A stretch of DNA of 64,000 bases from an uncultured Candidatus Saccharibacteria bacterium (GCA_964512835.1 CAZELA010000001.1:105372-169371); one strand, 5' to 3'; counted from the stretch's first letter, positions 44,341 through 54,010 are shown. Notes: generated from the letters alone by a model not told the origin. Program-made: numbers and translations.

Positions 44341-45840
44341 ATGACAAATGTATCGAAAAACATGCTCTTTGCCTTCTTGGTCGCCGTAAGTGCAACAGTG
44401 CTTTCATTGGGTGCATTTGCCACGACTGTTCACGCAGCTGACTTCGACGGAGGTTCCTTCGACGGAGGCGGCTGGTACGACGCCGGCTCATTCGGCGGCG
44501 GTGGTTTCTACGACGCGGGTTCGTACTCCGGTTCCGACTGGTACGATGCCGGTTCGTACAACAATGGCGGTTTCTACGACGCGGGTTCGTACAGCGGCGA
44601 TTTCTACGACGCTGGCTCACAGAACAGCGGTTGGTATGACGCCGGTTCACCGAATGGCGGCTGGTACGATGCCTCGACCGGTTACTGGGAGACTGACTCG
44701 TACAATCCGGGCTACTATGAAAAGGATTCGTACAACCCTGGGTATTATGAGACTGACTCCTACAATCCTGGTTACTACGAAACTGATTCGTACAACCCTG
44801 GTACCTATCAGACTGATTCGTACGTAAGCTCGTACATGGATCAGTACGCAGCAGGCAACCCGATCATGTCGGGCGGCAGCTACGGAGGTGGTTCGTACGG
44901 CGGTGGCTACACCACCGGCGGTGGGTACAGCATGCCGAGCATCAGCACCGGCGGCTGCACGACCTGCCACTCACAGAGCTACCCGAAGCCTGTTCCGACT
45001 CCGGTCTGCACAACCTGCAATCATCCAGTCCCGACTCCGACCTGCACGACCTGCGGCGGATCAAGCGTGACTAACACGAACATGTGGATCGATAACTCGA
45101 TCATCGACAACTCGATCAACGGTTCGTTCAACACCACGATCAAGGACAGCTACAACACGACCATGCTTACTCCGGTCGTACCGCAGCAGCCGATCGTGTA
45201 CACCCAGCCGGCACCGTACTGTGTGATCACCTTGCAGAATGCGGGTGCATACACGGCACAGGCAACGCTCGTATGGTCCTCGACGAATGCACAGTCCGCG
45301 TACATTACGCAGGTGGGTTCTGTAGCTCCGAACGGCACTCGAGTTGTTACCGGCTTCGCGAATCAGATGTACTCGCTCACGGTTACCGGTCAGGGCGGCA
45401 CCTACACGTGCAATACCCAGCCGTACACCCCGACGTACATCCCGCAGGCTCCGATCACACCGTCTGTCTCGCTCACGCAGATCCCGTACACGGGTCTCGC
45501 ACTGAGCCCGATGGCACAGGCGATGTACTGGCTCGCGCTCCTCTCGGTCGCAGCAGCAGGTGGTTACTTGCTCGTCTACTACAAGGGAGGCGCACTTGCT
45601 CTCGCAGGTGCAATGAACCGCCTGACTGCGCAGGCAGGCCGACAGAATCACTTCGTCGTCTCTGAACAGGAGACCGAGGAAGTGATTACTCCGGAAGCAG
45701 TTGAGACCGAAGAGGTCGCAGCTCCGACCGTAGACGCAATGAGCTTCCTCCCTGCGATGCAGGAAATGAAGACCCGAGATGTCATGTCGGTCATGCACTC
45801 GGAAGACGGAACCCCGCGACTCGTCATCGCACGCGCGTAA
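44341..45840 (+). CDS. secreted repeat protein with an IPYTG sorting-signal-like segment, a TM helix and an about 80-aa C-terminal tail
   Basis: Signal peptide; (F/W)YDAGS and DSYNPGYYET repeats; Cys/Pro/Thr spacer (CTTC x3); a domain alignable to the C-terminal domain of 33010..34977; TQIPYTGLALSP + TM + YYKGG. Confidence 0.75.
   Translation: MTNVSKNMLFAFLVAVSATVLSLGAFATTVHAADFDGGSFDGGGWYDAGSFGGGGFYDAGSYSGSDWYDAGSYNNGGFYDAGSYSGDFYDAGSQNSGWYDAGSPNGGWYDASTGYWETDSYNPGYYEKDSYNPGYYETDSYNPGYYETDSYNPGTYQTDSYVSSYMDQYAAGNPIMSGGSYGGGSYGGGYTTGGGYSMPSISTGGCTTCHSQSYPKPVPTPVCTTCNHPVPTPTCTTCGGSSVTNTNMWIDNSIIDNSINGSFNTTIKDSYNTTMLTPVVPQQPIVYTQPAPYCVITLQNAGAYTAQATLVWSSTNAQSAYITQVGSVAPNGTRVVTGFANQMYSLTVTGQGGTYTCNTQPYTPTYIPQAPITPSVSLTQIPYTGLALSPMAQAMYWLALLSVAAAGGYLLVYYKGGALALAGAMNRLTAQAGRQNHFVVSEQETEEVITPEAVETEEVAAPTVDAMSFLPAMQEMKTRDVMSVMHSEDGTPRLVIARA
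44452..44821 (+). repeat. in-frame tandem repeats (about 21-24 bp YDAGS units, then 30-bp DSYNPGYYET units)
   Basis: Read directly from the sequence and its translation. Confidence 0.7.
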
Positions 45841-45891
45841 CACGATAGACTCCAAGTCCGCCGCCTCGCGCAGCTCCAAAAAGTGAAACGA

Positions 45892-45926
45892 AACGACCCG
45901 CCGAAAGGCGGGTCGTTCTCGTTTTG
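45892..45926. terminator. bidirectional terminator between 44341..45840 (+) and thrS (-)
   Basis: AACGACCCGCC-gaaa-GGCGGGTCGTT followed by CTCGTTTTG. Confidence 0.7.
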
Positions 45927-45940
45927 CGTCTCTGCAAATG

Positions 45941-47680
45941 CTAGAGACGTCGCGATGCGATATCGTTCTTCAATTTCTCGATGAACGGCCCGATCGTTTC
46001 GGTTTGCTTGTCACCGGAACGATTCTCGATGGTTACGGTGTTGCCGTTCACTTCTTCGTCGCCCACGACGATGTAGTACGGCACCTTGTGGAGTTTTACG
46101 TTGCGGATGCGCTTACCGAGGCTGTCTGCATAGTCGAGTTCGGCACGGATGCCGCTTTGCAATAGTGTGTCGACAACACCAGCGGCGTAATCGGTGTGTT
46201 TTTCAGAAACGGGGAGCACGCGCACCTGTGTGGGCGCCATCCAGAGCGGGAACGCGCCTGCGTAGTGTTCGATGAGGATTCCCATAAACCGGTCCGGGGA
46301 GCCGATAAGTGCGCGGTGGATCATGACCGGCGTTTTCTTCGTGCCGTCTTCGCCCTGGTATTCCAGTTCGAATCGTCCCGGCATGGTGCGATCCACCTGG
46401 ATCGTCGAGATCTGCCACTCGCGGCCGAGCGCATCCACTGCCATGATGTCGAGCTTCGGTCCGTAGAACGCCGCTTCGCCTTCGACTGCTTTGAACTCCA
46501 CGTCGCTCTTTTCAAGAATGTCGCGCAGCTGCGATTGCGACTGCTCCCACGCCTCGTCCGAACCCAAATATTTTTCCTTGTTGTTCGGGTCGCGAAGTGA
46601 CAAGCGGATCCAGTAGCCGACGCCGTATGTGTTCAGGGTTTCCTTGATGATTGCGAGCACGTTCAACAGTTCGCCCTCTACCTGGTCTTCGCGGCAAAAG
46701 ATGTGGCCGTCGTCCTGTGCGAACGAGCGAAGGCGAGTGAGTCCCGAGAGCTGTCCCGGACGCTCATCGCGATAGAGGTTCGCGAAGTCTGCGTAGCGCA
46801 GCGGCAGGTCGCGGTAACTGCGCGGACGCGACGCATAGATCTGTGTGTGCTGCGGGCAGTTCATGGGCTTCAGGAACATTTCGTCGTCCACGTACTGCGA
46901 ACGCACGGTCATCATGTCTTCCTTATACGCGTCGTAGTGGCCGGAGAGTTTGAACAGCTCGGCTTTGTTCACGTTCGGGGTGTGTACTTCACCGAAGCCG
47001 AGCTTCGCGTTCTGCTCACGCGAGTAGTTGATGATTGCATTTCGGATTATGTTTCCTCGTGGCGTATAGAGCGGCATACCGGAGCCGACGAGGTCCGAAA
47101 AGGTGAACAGATCCTGTTCGACGCCCACTTTGCGGTGGTCGCGCTTGATCGCTTCTTCGCGCTGTATGATGTAGGTGTCGAGTTCCTCGGCCGTATTGAA
47201 CGCGAGTCCGTAGATGCGGGTGAGCATTTTATTTTTCTCATCGCCGCGCCAGTATGCGCCCGCGAGTCGATCGAGCTTGAATGCGTCCGCGCTGATCTCT
47301 TTGGACGGGTTTTCCGCGTGGCCGCCGCGGCACAGGTCGGTGAACCCGCCGCACGTGTAGAGTGTGATCTTCTCGCCGCGCTCTGCGATCTCATTGATGA
47401 GTTCAGTCTTGTAGGGGTTGCCCTCGAAGCGCTTGAGGGCTTCGTCTTTCGAGACTTCCTCGTGGGTGAACTCGGTCCACTTGCTCAGCGATTTGCGCAT
47501 GGTTTTCTGGAATCCTTTCAGGTGATCCTCGGTGACTTTGTCGTCGCCGAAATCGATGTCGTAGTAGAAACCGTTGTCGATCGCCGGGCCGAGCGTAAGG
47601 ATCGCGTTCGGAAACTGCTCCAGCACCGACTGTGCGAGCAGGTGAGCGAGCGTGTGTCGAATGTGTTCGATGTGTGCCAT
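45941..47680 (-). CDS. thrS: threonine--tRNA ligase (short form without the N-terminal TGS/editing extension)
   Basis: HRDLFTF-like, FRNE...HQF class II motifs, C-terminal anticodon-binding domain; start trimmed to MAHIEHIRHTLAH, directly after the leader terminator. Confidence 0.9.
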   Translation of the reverse strand: MAHIEHIRHTLAHLLAQSVLEQFPNAILTLGPAIDNGFYYDIDFGDDKVTEDHLKGFQKTMRKSLSKWTEFTHEEVSKDEALKRFEGNPYKTELINEIAERGEKITLYTCGGFTDLCRGGHAENPSKEISADAFKLDRLAGAYWRGDEKNKMLTRIYGLAFNTAEELDTYIIQREEAIKRDHRKVGVEQDLFTFSDLVGSGMPLYTPRGNIIRNAIINYSREQNAKLGFGEVHTPNVNKAELFKLSGHYDAYKEDMMTVRSQYVDDEMFLKPMNCPQHTQIYASRPRSYRDLPLRYADFANLYRDERPGQLSGLTRLRSFAQDDGHIFCREDQVEGELLNVLAIIKETLNTYGVGYWIRLSLRDPNNKEKYLGSDEAWEQSQSQLRDILEKSDVEFKAVEGEAAFYGPKLDIMAVDALGREWQISTIQVDRTMPGRFELEYQGEDGTKKTPVMIHRALIGSPDRFMGILIEHYAGAFPLWMAPTQVRVLPVSEKHTDYAAGVVDTLLQSGIRAELDYADSLGKRIRNVKLHKVPYYIVVGDEEVNGNTVTIENRSGDKQTETIGPFIEKLKNDIASRRL

Positions 47681-47870
47681 AGAAAAAAATAAGGTAAATA
47701 AAAACGCCCGAGTGAACACACGATCGTTCGTGTACTCACTCGGGCGATTCAAGTAAAACCGCGGTTCCACCGAGCTTTTCCCTCTGCAGGGCAGTGGGAC
47801 TCATTCAGTATCGGCTTGGGCCTGATGGCGCAGTGTGCTCCCGGTTGGTGGCCGAGACGTTCACCGATAG
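47681..47870 (-). promoter_or_regulatory. T-box riboswitch leader of thrS (Thr specifier candidate ACC-A), with terminator 47704..47745
   Basis: The minus strand reads ...AGCTCGGTGGAACCGCGG (T-box consensus GGUGGNACCGCG) immediately 5' of CGCCCGAGTGAGTACACGA..TCGTGTGTTCACTCGGGCG + TTTTTATTT, then the ATG; GCCACCAACC lies in a stem-I-like region. Confidence 0.6.
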
Positions 47871-47873
47871 CGG

Positions 47874-47901
47874 AATGATAACGCCCGCACTCGTGAAGTC
47901 A
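47874..47901 (-). promoter_or_regulatory. thrS promoter TTGACT-16-TATCAT (minus strand)
   Basis: Reverse complement reads gtcaTTGACTtcacgagtgcgggcgtTATCATtcc. Confidence 0.5.
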
Positions 47902-47956
47902 ATGACACATACAACAGAACCGCGCCTTGGGAGGCGCGGTCGGTGAGTAGCGGCAC

Positions 47957-48310
47957 TTACGCGGCCGCAACGTTCTCGAGAAAAGTTCCGATTCGACCGC
48001 GACGGTCCGGCTCCGCATGGTGCGGCCGATTCGTTGCGCCGAACGCTTCTGAGAGAAAGTTCAGGAGCATGCTGTCATTGCGGGAGAATCGGGGATTCAC
48101 CGTCCCCGCCGCGATGCGCAGCTTTTCTCTGGCACTGTCTTCCAGTCGTTCAAAGTTCTCGCGGTCCCTGATGCGTTTGAGAATGCGCGCGACCTCTCCG
48201 CACGGGGCGAGATCGGGCGACTCTCCGTCATTCAGTTTCTTGAGGACTTCTCCGGCCTTCGCGAATGTTTCCGGTGTCAAAGCGACTTCCGGCACATCTG
48301 CTTTTGTCAT
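47957..48310 (-). CDS. hypothetical protein (117 aa)
   Basis: AAGGA RBS 8 nt before ATG 48310; the minus frame looks more protein-like than the overlapping plus ORF. Confidence 0.4.
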   Translation of the reverse strand: MTKADVPEVALTPETFAKAGEVLKKLNDGESPDLAPCGEVARILKRIRDRENFERLEDSAREKLRIAAGTVNPRFSRNDSMLLNFLSEAFGATNRPHHAEPDRRGRIGTFLENVAAA

Positions 48311-48429
48311 CAGTTTTGTCCTTGTGTACGCGCACCCCATCGGTACGTGCGTGTACCTTAAATCCTGTGCAGACGATGTCAATACTTTTATGTGAAAATC
48401 GCGGCGGGAGCGTGTCCCGCCGCGATGAG

Positions 48430-48822
48430 TCATCTCGGTCCGTTACCGGTCTCCGGTCCGGGTTCCGCAAGGTGCATACAGAACGAATGTGCTTCCAAGA
48501 TCTTGATCTCGTCGGATCTCGATTTGTTCACGAGGAGACGCTCGAGCGTGACGACCACGTCGGCGACGTCACGAACAATCAGGAGCGCGTGTGCATACGG
48601 AACATCCGGGTGCATCTCGCGTAGTGCCGCGCGAAGTACCTCGACCGTTTTGGTGGGAGGGTCGGTGTTCAATAGTTCGCGCAGATAATCGCGCAGTGTG
48701 GTGCACGCGACACGGATAGACTCCTGTTCTTCGTCGGTCGCGTTGTCGGCGCCCCTCCCGTGAACCGTAAGGATTGCCTTCATGCACCGCCCGAAGACGT
48801 GCCGGTGGATTTCATTCGTCAC
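48430..48822 (-). CDS. hypothetical protein (start uncertain: GTG 48822 with an AGGAG RBS, or ATG 48783)
   Basis: The track ORF starts with TTG; an internal AGGAG-9nt-GTG is present. Confidence 0.35.
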   Translation of the reverse strand: MTNEIHRHVFGRCMKAILTVHGRGADNATDEEQESIRVACTTLRDYLRELLNTDPPTKTVEVLRAALREMHPDVPYAHALLIVRDVADVVVTLERLLVNKSRSDEIKILEAHSFCMHLAEPGPETGNGPR

Positions 48823-48878
48823 TACAGATAACTCCTGGTTACGCCCGTTCTCTTTTAAACACAAAAAAGCGGCCGGCG

Positions 48879-51800
48879 CTAGAGCGCCTTCGCTTTCTCG
48901 GCAACAAAGCTGTCCTCTCCGTTTCGCTCCGATATCTTGCCTTTGAGCATGATGCAGTTCCCGGAGACGATGAGTTTTTCGTTTTCCTTGAGGAGATTGG
49001 GAAATATCACGACCTCGATCGAGTCGGATAGGTCCGATATCTTGAGGAATGCCATTTTCTCGCCCTTTTTGGTGAGAATAGTCTGCACCGTTTCTACATA
49101 TCCGGCGATCACGGTCTCGACGTTCTTTAGGTGTTCCTTTGCATGTTTGATCGAATTCTTTGCGTTCGCGAGTTTTGCTTTGTGCTTATCGAGCGGGTGG
49201 CCGGAGATGTAGAGACCGAGCAGCTCCTTTTCCCACGCGAGCTTTGTGTCCTGGTTTGCAGCGGGCGAGGGATCGAGCTTGAGTTTTGCGAGTGCGGGTG
49301 CTGCGGCGAGACCGCCGAACAAATTACCCTGATCAACGGGGGCTTTGTTGAGTTCGCGGTGGAACTCGAGCAGACGTTCGATATTCGTGAGCAGCTGACC
49401 GCGTTCACTGAGCTCGTCGAGCGCGCCGGACTGAATAAGCGACTCCATCGATTTTTTGTTGAGGTTTTTGTCTGCGATGCGCGAGACAAAGTCCGAAATA
49501 TCTTCAAACGGTCCTTTTTTCTCGCGATCGGCGCGGATAGAGTCGCCGACTCCAGTGCCGAAGTTCTTGATCGAATAGAGACCAAATCGGATCGTGCTTT
49601 CGTCGACGACCGTAAAGTTGCCGCGGCTTTCATTGACTGACGGCGGCAGAATCTGAATACCCATGCGCTTACATTCGTTCACAACCTCGGAAATCTTTTC
49701 GGTATCACCCGCATCCGCGGTGAGTACTGCAGCCATGTAGTCGACGGGGTAATTCGCCTTCATATACGCAGTCTTGTACGCGAGGTTGCCGTAGGAAGCC
49801 GCATGCGCCTTATTGAAACCGTACGCGGCAAACGTTTCGATCTGTTCCCAGAGTGTTTGTACGACCGCCGGCTTCATGCCGCGTTCCAGACAGCCTTTTT
49901 GAAACTTTTCTTTTTGTGCGGCCATTTCCGCGGGGACTTTTTTACCCATCGCTTTGCGGAACTTGTCGGCCTCGAGCCATGAGTACCCCGCCAGATCGAT
50001 TGCAATCTGGAGCACGTCGTCCTGATACGTAATGACGCCGTAGGAATTCTTGAGGATTGCTTCCATTCTCGGATCCAGATAGCTGACGAGCGCCGGGTTC
50101 TTTTTGCGCTCGATGTACTGCGGGATGAAGTTCATCGGTCCCGGGCGGTAGAGTGCAACCATCGCGTTGATGTCGTGGATCACCGTCGGTTTGAGGTCTA
50201 CGAGGTATGCGGTCATGCCGCCGCCAGCGAGTTGGAATACACCGAGTGTTTCGCCGCGCGAGAGCATCTCGAATGTTTTTTTGTCGTCGAGCGGAAAGTT
50301 ATCGAGATCAATGTCGATCCCGAGGCGTTCTTTTACACGCGCGACGGCGTCGGCGAGGATCGAGAGGTTCGTGAGTCCAAGGAAGTCGAACTTCAATAGA
50401 CCCGCGTCTTCGACCGCGTGCATGTCGTACTGTGTGATTTTCTTGCCGCCTTTCGGGTCGGGTTGAATCGGTACGAAGTCGGTTACCGGTGTCGGTGCGA
50501 TGACGACGCCTGCGGCGTGCACACCGACGTGACGCGCGTTACCCTCTACCTTTACCGCAAGATCAAGCACTTCGCGCGCATCGGCGTCGCGTTTGTAGAG
50601 TTCTGCCAATTCAGGCACCTCTTCGAGCGAACCTTTGATGGTTACGGGAAATCCCTGTTTGCCGAACGGAATGATTTTTGCAATTGCATCACCGAGCGCA
50701 TAGGGGTGACCGAGTGCGCGTGCTACGTCGCGTACCGCCGCGCGCGCCATCATGGTGCCGAACGTGCCGATCTGCGCCACGTGGTCATCGCCGTATTTTT
50801 CGCGCACGTAATCGATCATGTCGTCGCGTCGGTTATCGGCATAATCCATGTCGATATCCGGTGCAGACGGTCGCTCAGGGTTAAGGAATCGCTCGAACGG
50901 CAGACCGTATTCGAGGGGATTCACGTTGGTGATCCCGGAGAGATAGGTAACGAGCGATCCGGCGACTGAGCCTCGGATGTTCGTCAGAATACCGTTCTCT
51001 TTAGCGTGACGGAGCAGATCGGATACGACGAGGAAGTACGGTGAATAGCCCTTGTTCTTGATGACGGATAGCTCGTAATCCACACGGGTGAGCGTCGCAT
51101 CGTTTTTCTCTACGCCGCGCTTTTCAAATCCCGCATAGGTCAGTTCGCGGAGCACGTCGTCGGCGTTTGCGTTATTCGGCAGTTTGAAATCGGGAAAGAG
51201 CCACTTACCCAAAACGAGCTCCACATTGCATTCTTCGGCGATCTTCATGGCGTTGTCGAGGGCCTCCGGTAAGTCCTTGAAAAGATCGATGGCTTTTGCG
51301 CGCGAGATGAATGAAAAATCGTTCGCCGTGCCTTCAAAATCGCGGTTGAGCGTTCCGCCGCTTCTGATCTTGGTGACAAGTTCGCGTGCAATGGCATCCG
51401 ACTGCGTGAGGTAGTAGGTATCGTGGGCGGCTACGAGCGGTATGTCTGCGTCCCGGGCGAACGAAATGATCCGCTGCATCCGCTCCTCGTGTCCTTCAAT
51501 TTCATGGTGCCGGGTTATTTCGGCATAGCAATCGGATCCGAATGTTTTCTTGTACCAGTCGAGCGATTCGCGAGCGCGGTCGTCGACACCGTCTTTCAAA
51601 GCTTTTGCATGTTCGCCGCCGAAGCTCGGGAGGATTGCGATCAGGCCTTCTTTGTATTCGTTGATAAGCTCGCGATCGAGACGAGGACGATAATAAAATC
51701 CTTCGATATACGCCCGGGAAACCACTTTCAGGAGATTTTTGTACCCCGTCTCGTTCTTCGCGAGGAGAACCAGGCGAGATGTCTTGTCGTCGATACGGTG

Positions 51801-52043
51801 CTCTTTGTCGTGGCGACTGCGCGGCGCGACAAAGAAGTCGACGCCAAGGATCGGTTTTATGCCCGCGGATTTACACTCTTTGTAAAACTCGATTGCCGCA
51901 TACATGTTGCCGGCGTCCGTAAGTGCAAGGGATGTTTGGCCGTCCGCTTTGGCTGCAGCGACCAGATCTTCGATCTTCGGGATGGCCTCTAGGAGAGAAT
52001 AGTGCGAATGCGTATGGAGGTGTACGAAATCGCGCTCGCTCAT
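48879..52043 (-). CDS. dnaE: DNA polymerase III subunit alpha
   Basis: PHP domain FVHLHTHSHYSLL, polymerase core, OB fold; start trimmed to MSERDF, which lies 7 nt after a TACAAT (leaderless). Confidence 0.95.
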   Translation of the reverse strand: MSERDFVHLHTHSHYSLLEAIPKIEDLVAAAKADGQTSLALTDAGNMYAAIEFYKECKSAGIKPILGVDFFVAPRSRHDKEHRIDDKTSRLVLLAKNETGYKNLLKVVSRAYIEGFYYRPRLDRELINEYKEGLIAILPSFGGEHAKALKDGVDDRARESLDWYKKTFGSDCYAEITRHHEIEGHEERMQRIISFARDADIPLVAAHDTYYLTQSDAIARELVTKIRSGGTLNRDFEGTANDFSFISRAKAIDLFKDLPEALDNAMKIAEECNVELVLGKWLFPDFKLPNNANADDVLRELTYAGFEKRGVEKNDATLTRVDYELSVIKNKGYSPYFLVVSDLLRHAKENGILTNIRGSVAGSLVTYLSGITNVNPLEYGLPFERFLNPERPSAPDIDMDYADNRRDDMIDYVREKYGDDHVAQIGTFGTMMARAAVRDVARALGHPYALGDAIAKIIPFGKQGFPVTIKGSLEEVPELAELYKRDADAREVLDLAVKVEGNARHVGVHAAGVVIAPTPVTDFVPIQPDPKGGKKITQYDMHAVEDAGLLKFDFLGLTNLSILADAVARVKERLGIDIDLDNFPLDDKKTFEMLSRGETLGVFQLAGGGMTAYLVDLKPTVIHDINAMVALYRPGPMNFIPQYIERKKNPALVSYLDPRMEAILKNSYGVITYQDDVLQIAIDLAGYSWLEADKFRKAMGKKVPAEMAAQKEKFQKGCLERGMKPAVVQTLWEQIETFAAYGFNKAHAASYGNLAYKTAYMKANYPVDYMAAVLTADAGDTEKISEVVNECKRMGIQILPPSVNESRGNFTVVDESTIRFGLYSIKNFGTGVGDSIRADREKKGPFEDISDFVSRIADKNLNKKSMESLIQSGALDELSERGQLLTNIERLLEFHRELNKAPVDQGNLFGGLAAAPALAKLKLDPSPAANQDTKLAWEKELLGLYISGHPLDKHKAKLANAKNSIKHAKEHLKNVETVIAGYVETVQTILTKKGEKMAFLKISDLSDSIEVVIFPNLLKENEKLIVSGNCIMLKGKISERNGEDSFVAEKAKAL

Positions 52044-52105
52044 GCGGGGCATTGTAACAAAACGGTACGGCGGTAGAGTGGTATCAGGAAACGGAGGATA
52101 ACCGG

Positions 52106-52570
52106 ATGTCTACAGTGTATGAGGCGCCGTCCATCGACGGATTTATCGACTTGTTTCTCGCGGCGCTTGTGATGCGCGGTAAGCGCGAGGTGTGGGTGCG
52201 CACTGATGCCGCCTATGCGGAGCGTCGGCGGATGTACGCGATGTACGAGTACCTTGATCGAGCAGTCGACGAGTACAAGGAAACGCCGAAGGACGAGGTT
52301 GAAAAAGATTATCTCTACTTCCTGGTGCGACTGCGCAATCACGTTGCGCCGGGCCTCATCGGCTCGTTCGATGAACTGTACGGTTCGATACTGCGAAAGA
52401 TGGCAACTATTGTGTCGGTCGACCTTGTGTACTGCTGGTACTACAAGATCGATCTGCAGAAAGTGACTGCACAATGCTGGCTCGAGCGGGCGCCGGAGCG
52501 CATCCGGAAACTCGCCGAGGAAGCGGCCGACGAATACATGAAGCCGCTCGAAAAGGAACGTGCCGCCTAA
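52106..52570 (+). CDS. hypothetical protein (154 aa)
   Basis: AACGGAGGA RBS; transcribed divergently from dnaE; no domain recognised. Confidence 0.5.
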   Translation: MSTVYEAPSIDGFIDLFLAALVMRGKREVWVRTDAAYAERRRMYAMYEYLDRAVDEYKETPKDEVEKDYLYFLVRLRNHVAPGLIGSFDELYGSILRKMATIVSVDLVYCWYYKIDLQKVTAQCWLERAPERIRKLAEEAADEYMKPLEKERAA

Positions 52571-52581
52571 ACGACACACGC

Positions 52582-52615
52582 AGGACCGCTCAAAAGGGCG
52601 GTCCTTCTATATATT
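52582..52615 (+). terminator. rho-independent terminator
   Basis: AGGACCGC-tcaaaagg-GCGGTCCT followed by TCTATATATT. Confidence 0.55.
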
Positions 52616-52689
52616 GACTGCGTACACGGGTCGGCCTAGAGTGGTAACGGAATTACGACACACAGAAACTCGTAACGGGAGGACACTCG

Positions 52690-52845
52690 ATGCTCAACAA
52701 AGTGCGTCACCTTCGTAAGGAGGGCACCTACAAGCTGGTCGCGTTGTGCGGCCTTGTCTGCACGGCAGTCGTGTTCGGGATCATGATGGTCGGCGGCCTC
52801 GTTTTGCAGGGCATTGCCACCCTGGGACACCGCCTGTCCACATGA
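52690..52845 (+). CDS. small membrane protein (51 aa), below the ORF-track length cutoff
   Basis: GGGAGG RBS 7 nt upstream; MLNKVRHLRKEGTYKLVALCGLVCTAVVFGIMMVGGLVLQGIATLGHRLST; TTGACT-17-TAGAGT upstream; terminator downstream. Confidence 0.4.
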   Translation: MLNKVRHLRKEGTYKLVALCGLVCTAVVFGIMMVGGLVLQGIATLGHRLST

Positions 52846-52873
52846 AGTTCGTGCCTATTTATGCACTGTTCGG

Positions 52874-52905
52874 GGCCGCGCACTTGCGCGGCCTTTGCTA
52901 TTATT
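52874..52905 (+). terminator. rho-independent terminator
   Basis: GGCCGCGC-actt-GCGCGGCC followed by TTTGCTATTATT. Confidence 0.65.
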
Positions 52906-52913
52906 AGTTGGTA

Positions 52914-53546
52914 ATGAGATACGTGATCGGCATCGACGAAGCGGGTCGCGGCGCACTTGCCGGGCCGGTTTGTGTCGGGGCGGTCATGATGCCCTTGGAT
53001 CTTGATTGGCGGGTCGCGTATGCCCTCGTAACGGCGCGGGGTGAACCGCGGCTCCGGGACTCAAAACAGCTCTCGGCGCAGCAGCGAGAGATACTCTACG
53101 AATACATCATCACTCACGGCCGCCTGAAACATGCGGCCGCGTTCGTTGATGCCCCGGTCATTGATTCCATCGGTATCGTGAACGCTGCGCACGAGGCGGC
53201 GGCCGTTGCGCTTTCGCGACTGGGTATCGGTCATGACAAGGCGGAAGTATTGCTCGATGCGGGCCTGCGCGTGCCTGATATGTGGCAGCAGCGCTCGTTT
53301 ATCCGCGGCGACGAAACAGTCCCGGCAATATCGTTTGCGTCGATCATCGCAAAGGTAACGCGCGACCGCCTGATGGAGAGCTTGCCGGAGAGTTTTTCCG
53401 AATATCAATTCAATGAGCACAAGGGCTATGGGACGCTCGCGCACCGTAAAGCGATCGCACGGTCGGGATTGTCGGTACTGCACCGGGCGTCGTTCTGCAC
53501 CCGGCTCACGGGATCTGCCCGAGAGGCCGTTTCGTCCGAGGAATAG
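52914..53546 (+). CDS. rnhB: ribonuclease HII
   Basis: YVIGIDEAGRGALAGPV DEDD motif; a GTG at 52908 is an alternative start. Confidence 0.9.
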   Translation: MRYVIGIDEAGRGALAGPVCVGAVMMPLDLDWRVAYALVTARGEPRLRDSKQLSAQQREILYEYIITHGRLKHAAAFVDAPVIDSIGIVNAAHEAAAVALSRLGIGHDKAEVLLDAGLRVPDMWQQRSFIRGDETVPAISFASIIAKVTRDRLMESLPESFSEYQFNEHKGYGTLAHRKAIARSGLSVLHRASFCTRLTGSAREAVSSEE

Positions 53547-53584
53547 CCCCGCGCGACTCCCGGCGCCCCTGCATCGCGACCGTG

Positions 53585-53612
53585 TTGCAAAAGGGCTGAT
53601 TATCTGTATAAT
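53585..53612 (+). promoter_or_regulatory. promoter TTGCAA-16-TATAAT, 10 nt before the rpmF ATG
   Basis: TTGCAAaagggctgattatctgTATAATcggccgcactATG. Confidence 0.55.
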
Positions 53613-53622
53613 CGGCCGCACT

Positions 53623-53892
53623 ATGGTAGTACGAATGCGTCGTAACCGATCCCAGACCGCCAAGCGGCGTTCTCATCATGGGCTCACAACCTCCCGCGTC
53701 ACCGCGGACAAGCAGGGCAATACGCACCTGCGACACCGCGTTGATCCTGAGACCGGCATGTACCGCGGCAAAATGATCATAGATGTCGTGGCTCGCGCAA
53801 AGCGACAGCAGCGCCGAGACAAGCGCAAGGAGCAGGAGCTCCGTGCAAGCGGTCAGATCAAGGAAGACAAGGCGACCGAAGCAACCAAATAA
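53623..53892 (+). CDS. rpmF: 50S ribosomal protein L32 with a Lys/Arg-rich C-terminal extension (89 aa)
   Basis: MVVRMRRNRSQTAKRRSHHGL...HLRHRVDPETGMYRGKMII matches the L32 R.RRSH / HLRH..P.TG.YRGK signature; it is hidden inside the longer track ORF 53413..53892. Confidence 0.7.
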   Translation: MVVRMRRNRSQTAKRRSHHGLTTSRVTADKQGNTHLRHRVDPETGMYRGKMIIDVVARAKRQQRRDKRKEQELRASGQIKEDKATEATK

Positions 53893-53897
53893 CAAAC

Positions 53898-53935
53898 AAG
53901 AACAGACCGGCGAAAGCCGGTCTGTTCTTTTAAAT
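53898..53935 (+). terminator. rho-independent terminator
   Basis: AAGAACAGACCGG-cgaaa-GCCGGTCTGTTCTT followed by TTAAAT. Confidence 0.7.
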
Positions 53936-54010
53936 CCACAGTTTTCGGTCCATTCATACGCTGTTTATGTTTTTGCGTGTACACTAGTGAGGTGTCCAGT
54001 TCCTTCGCTT

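Noticed and set aside
53413-53892. 159-aa track ORF overlapping the 3' end of rnhB
   Set aside because: Only the last 89 codons (53623..53892) are real, and they encode L32. The upstream extension is out of frame with rnhB and has an Arg-rich junk composition.
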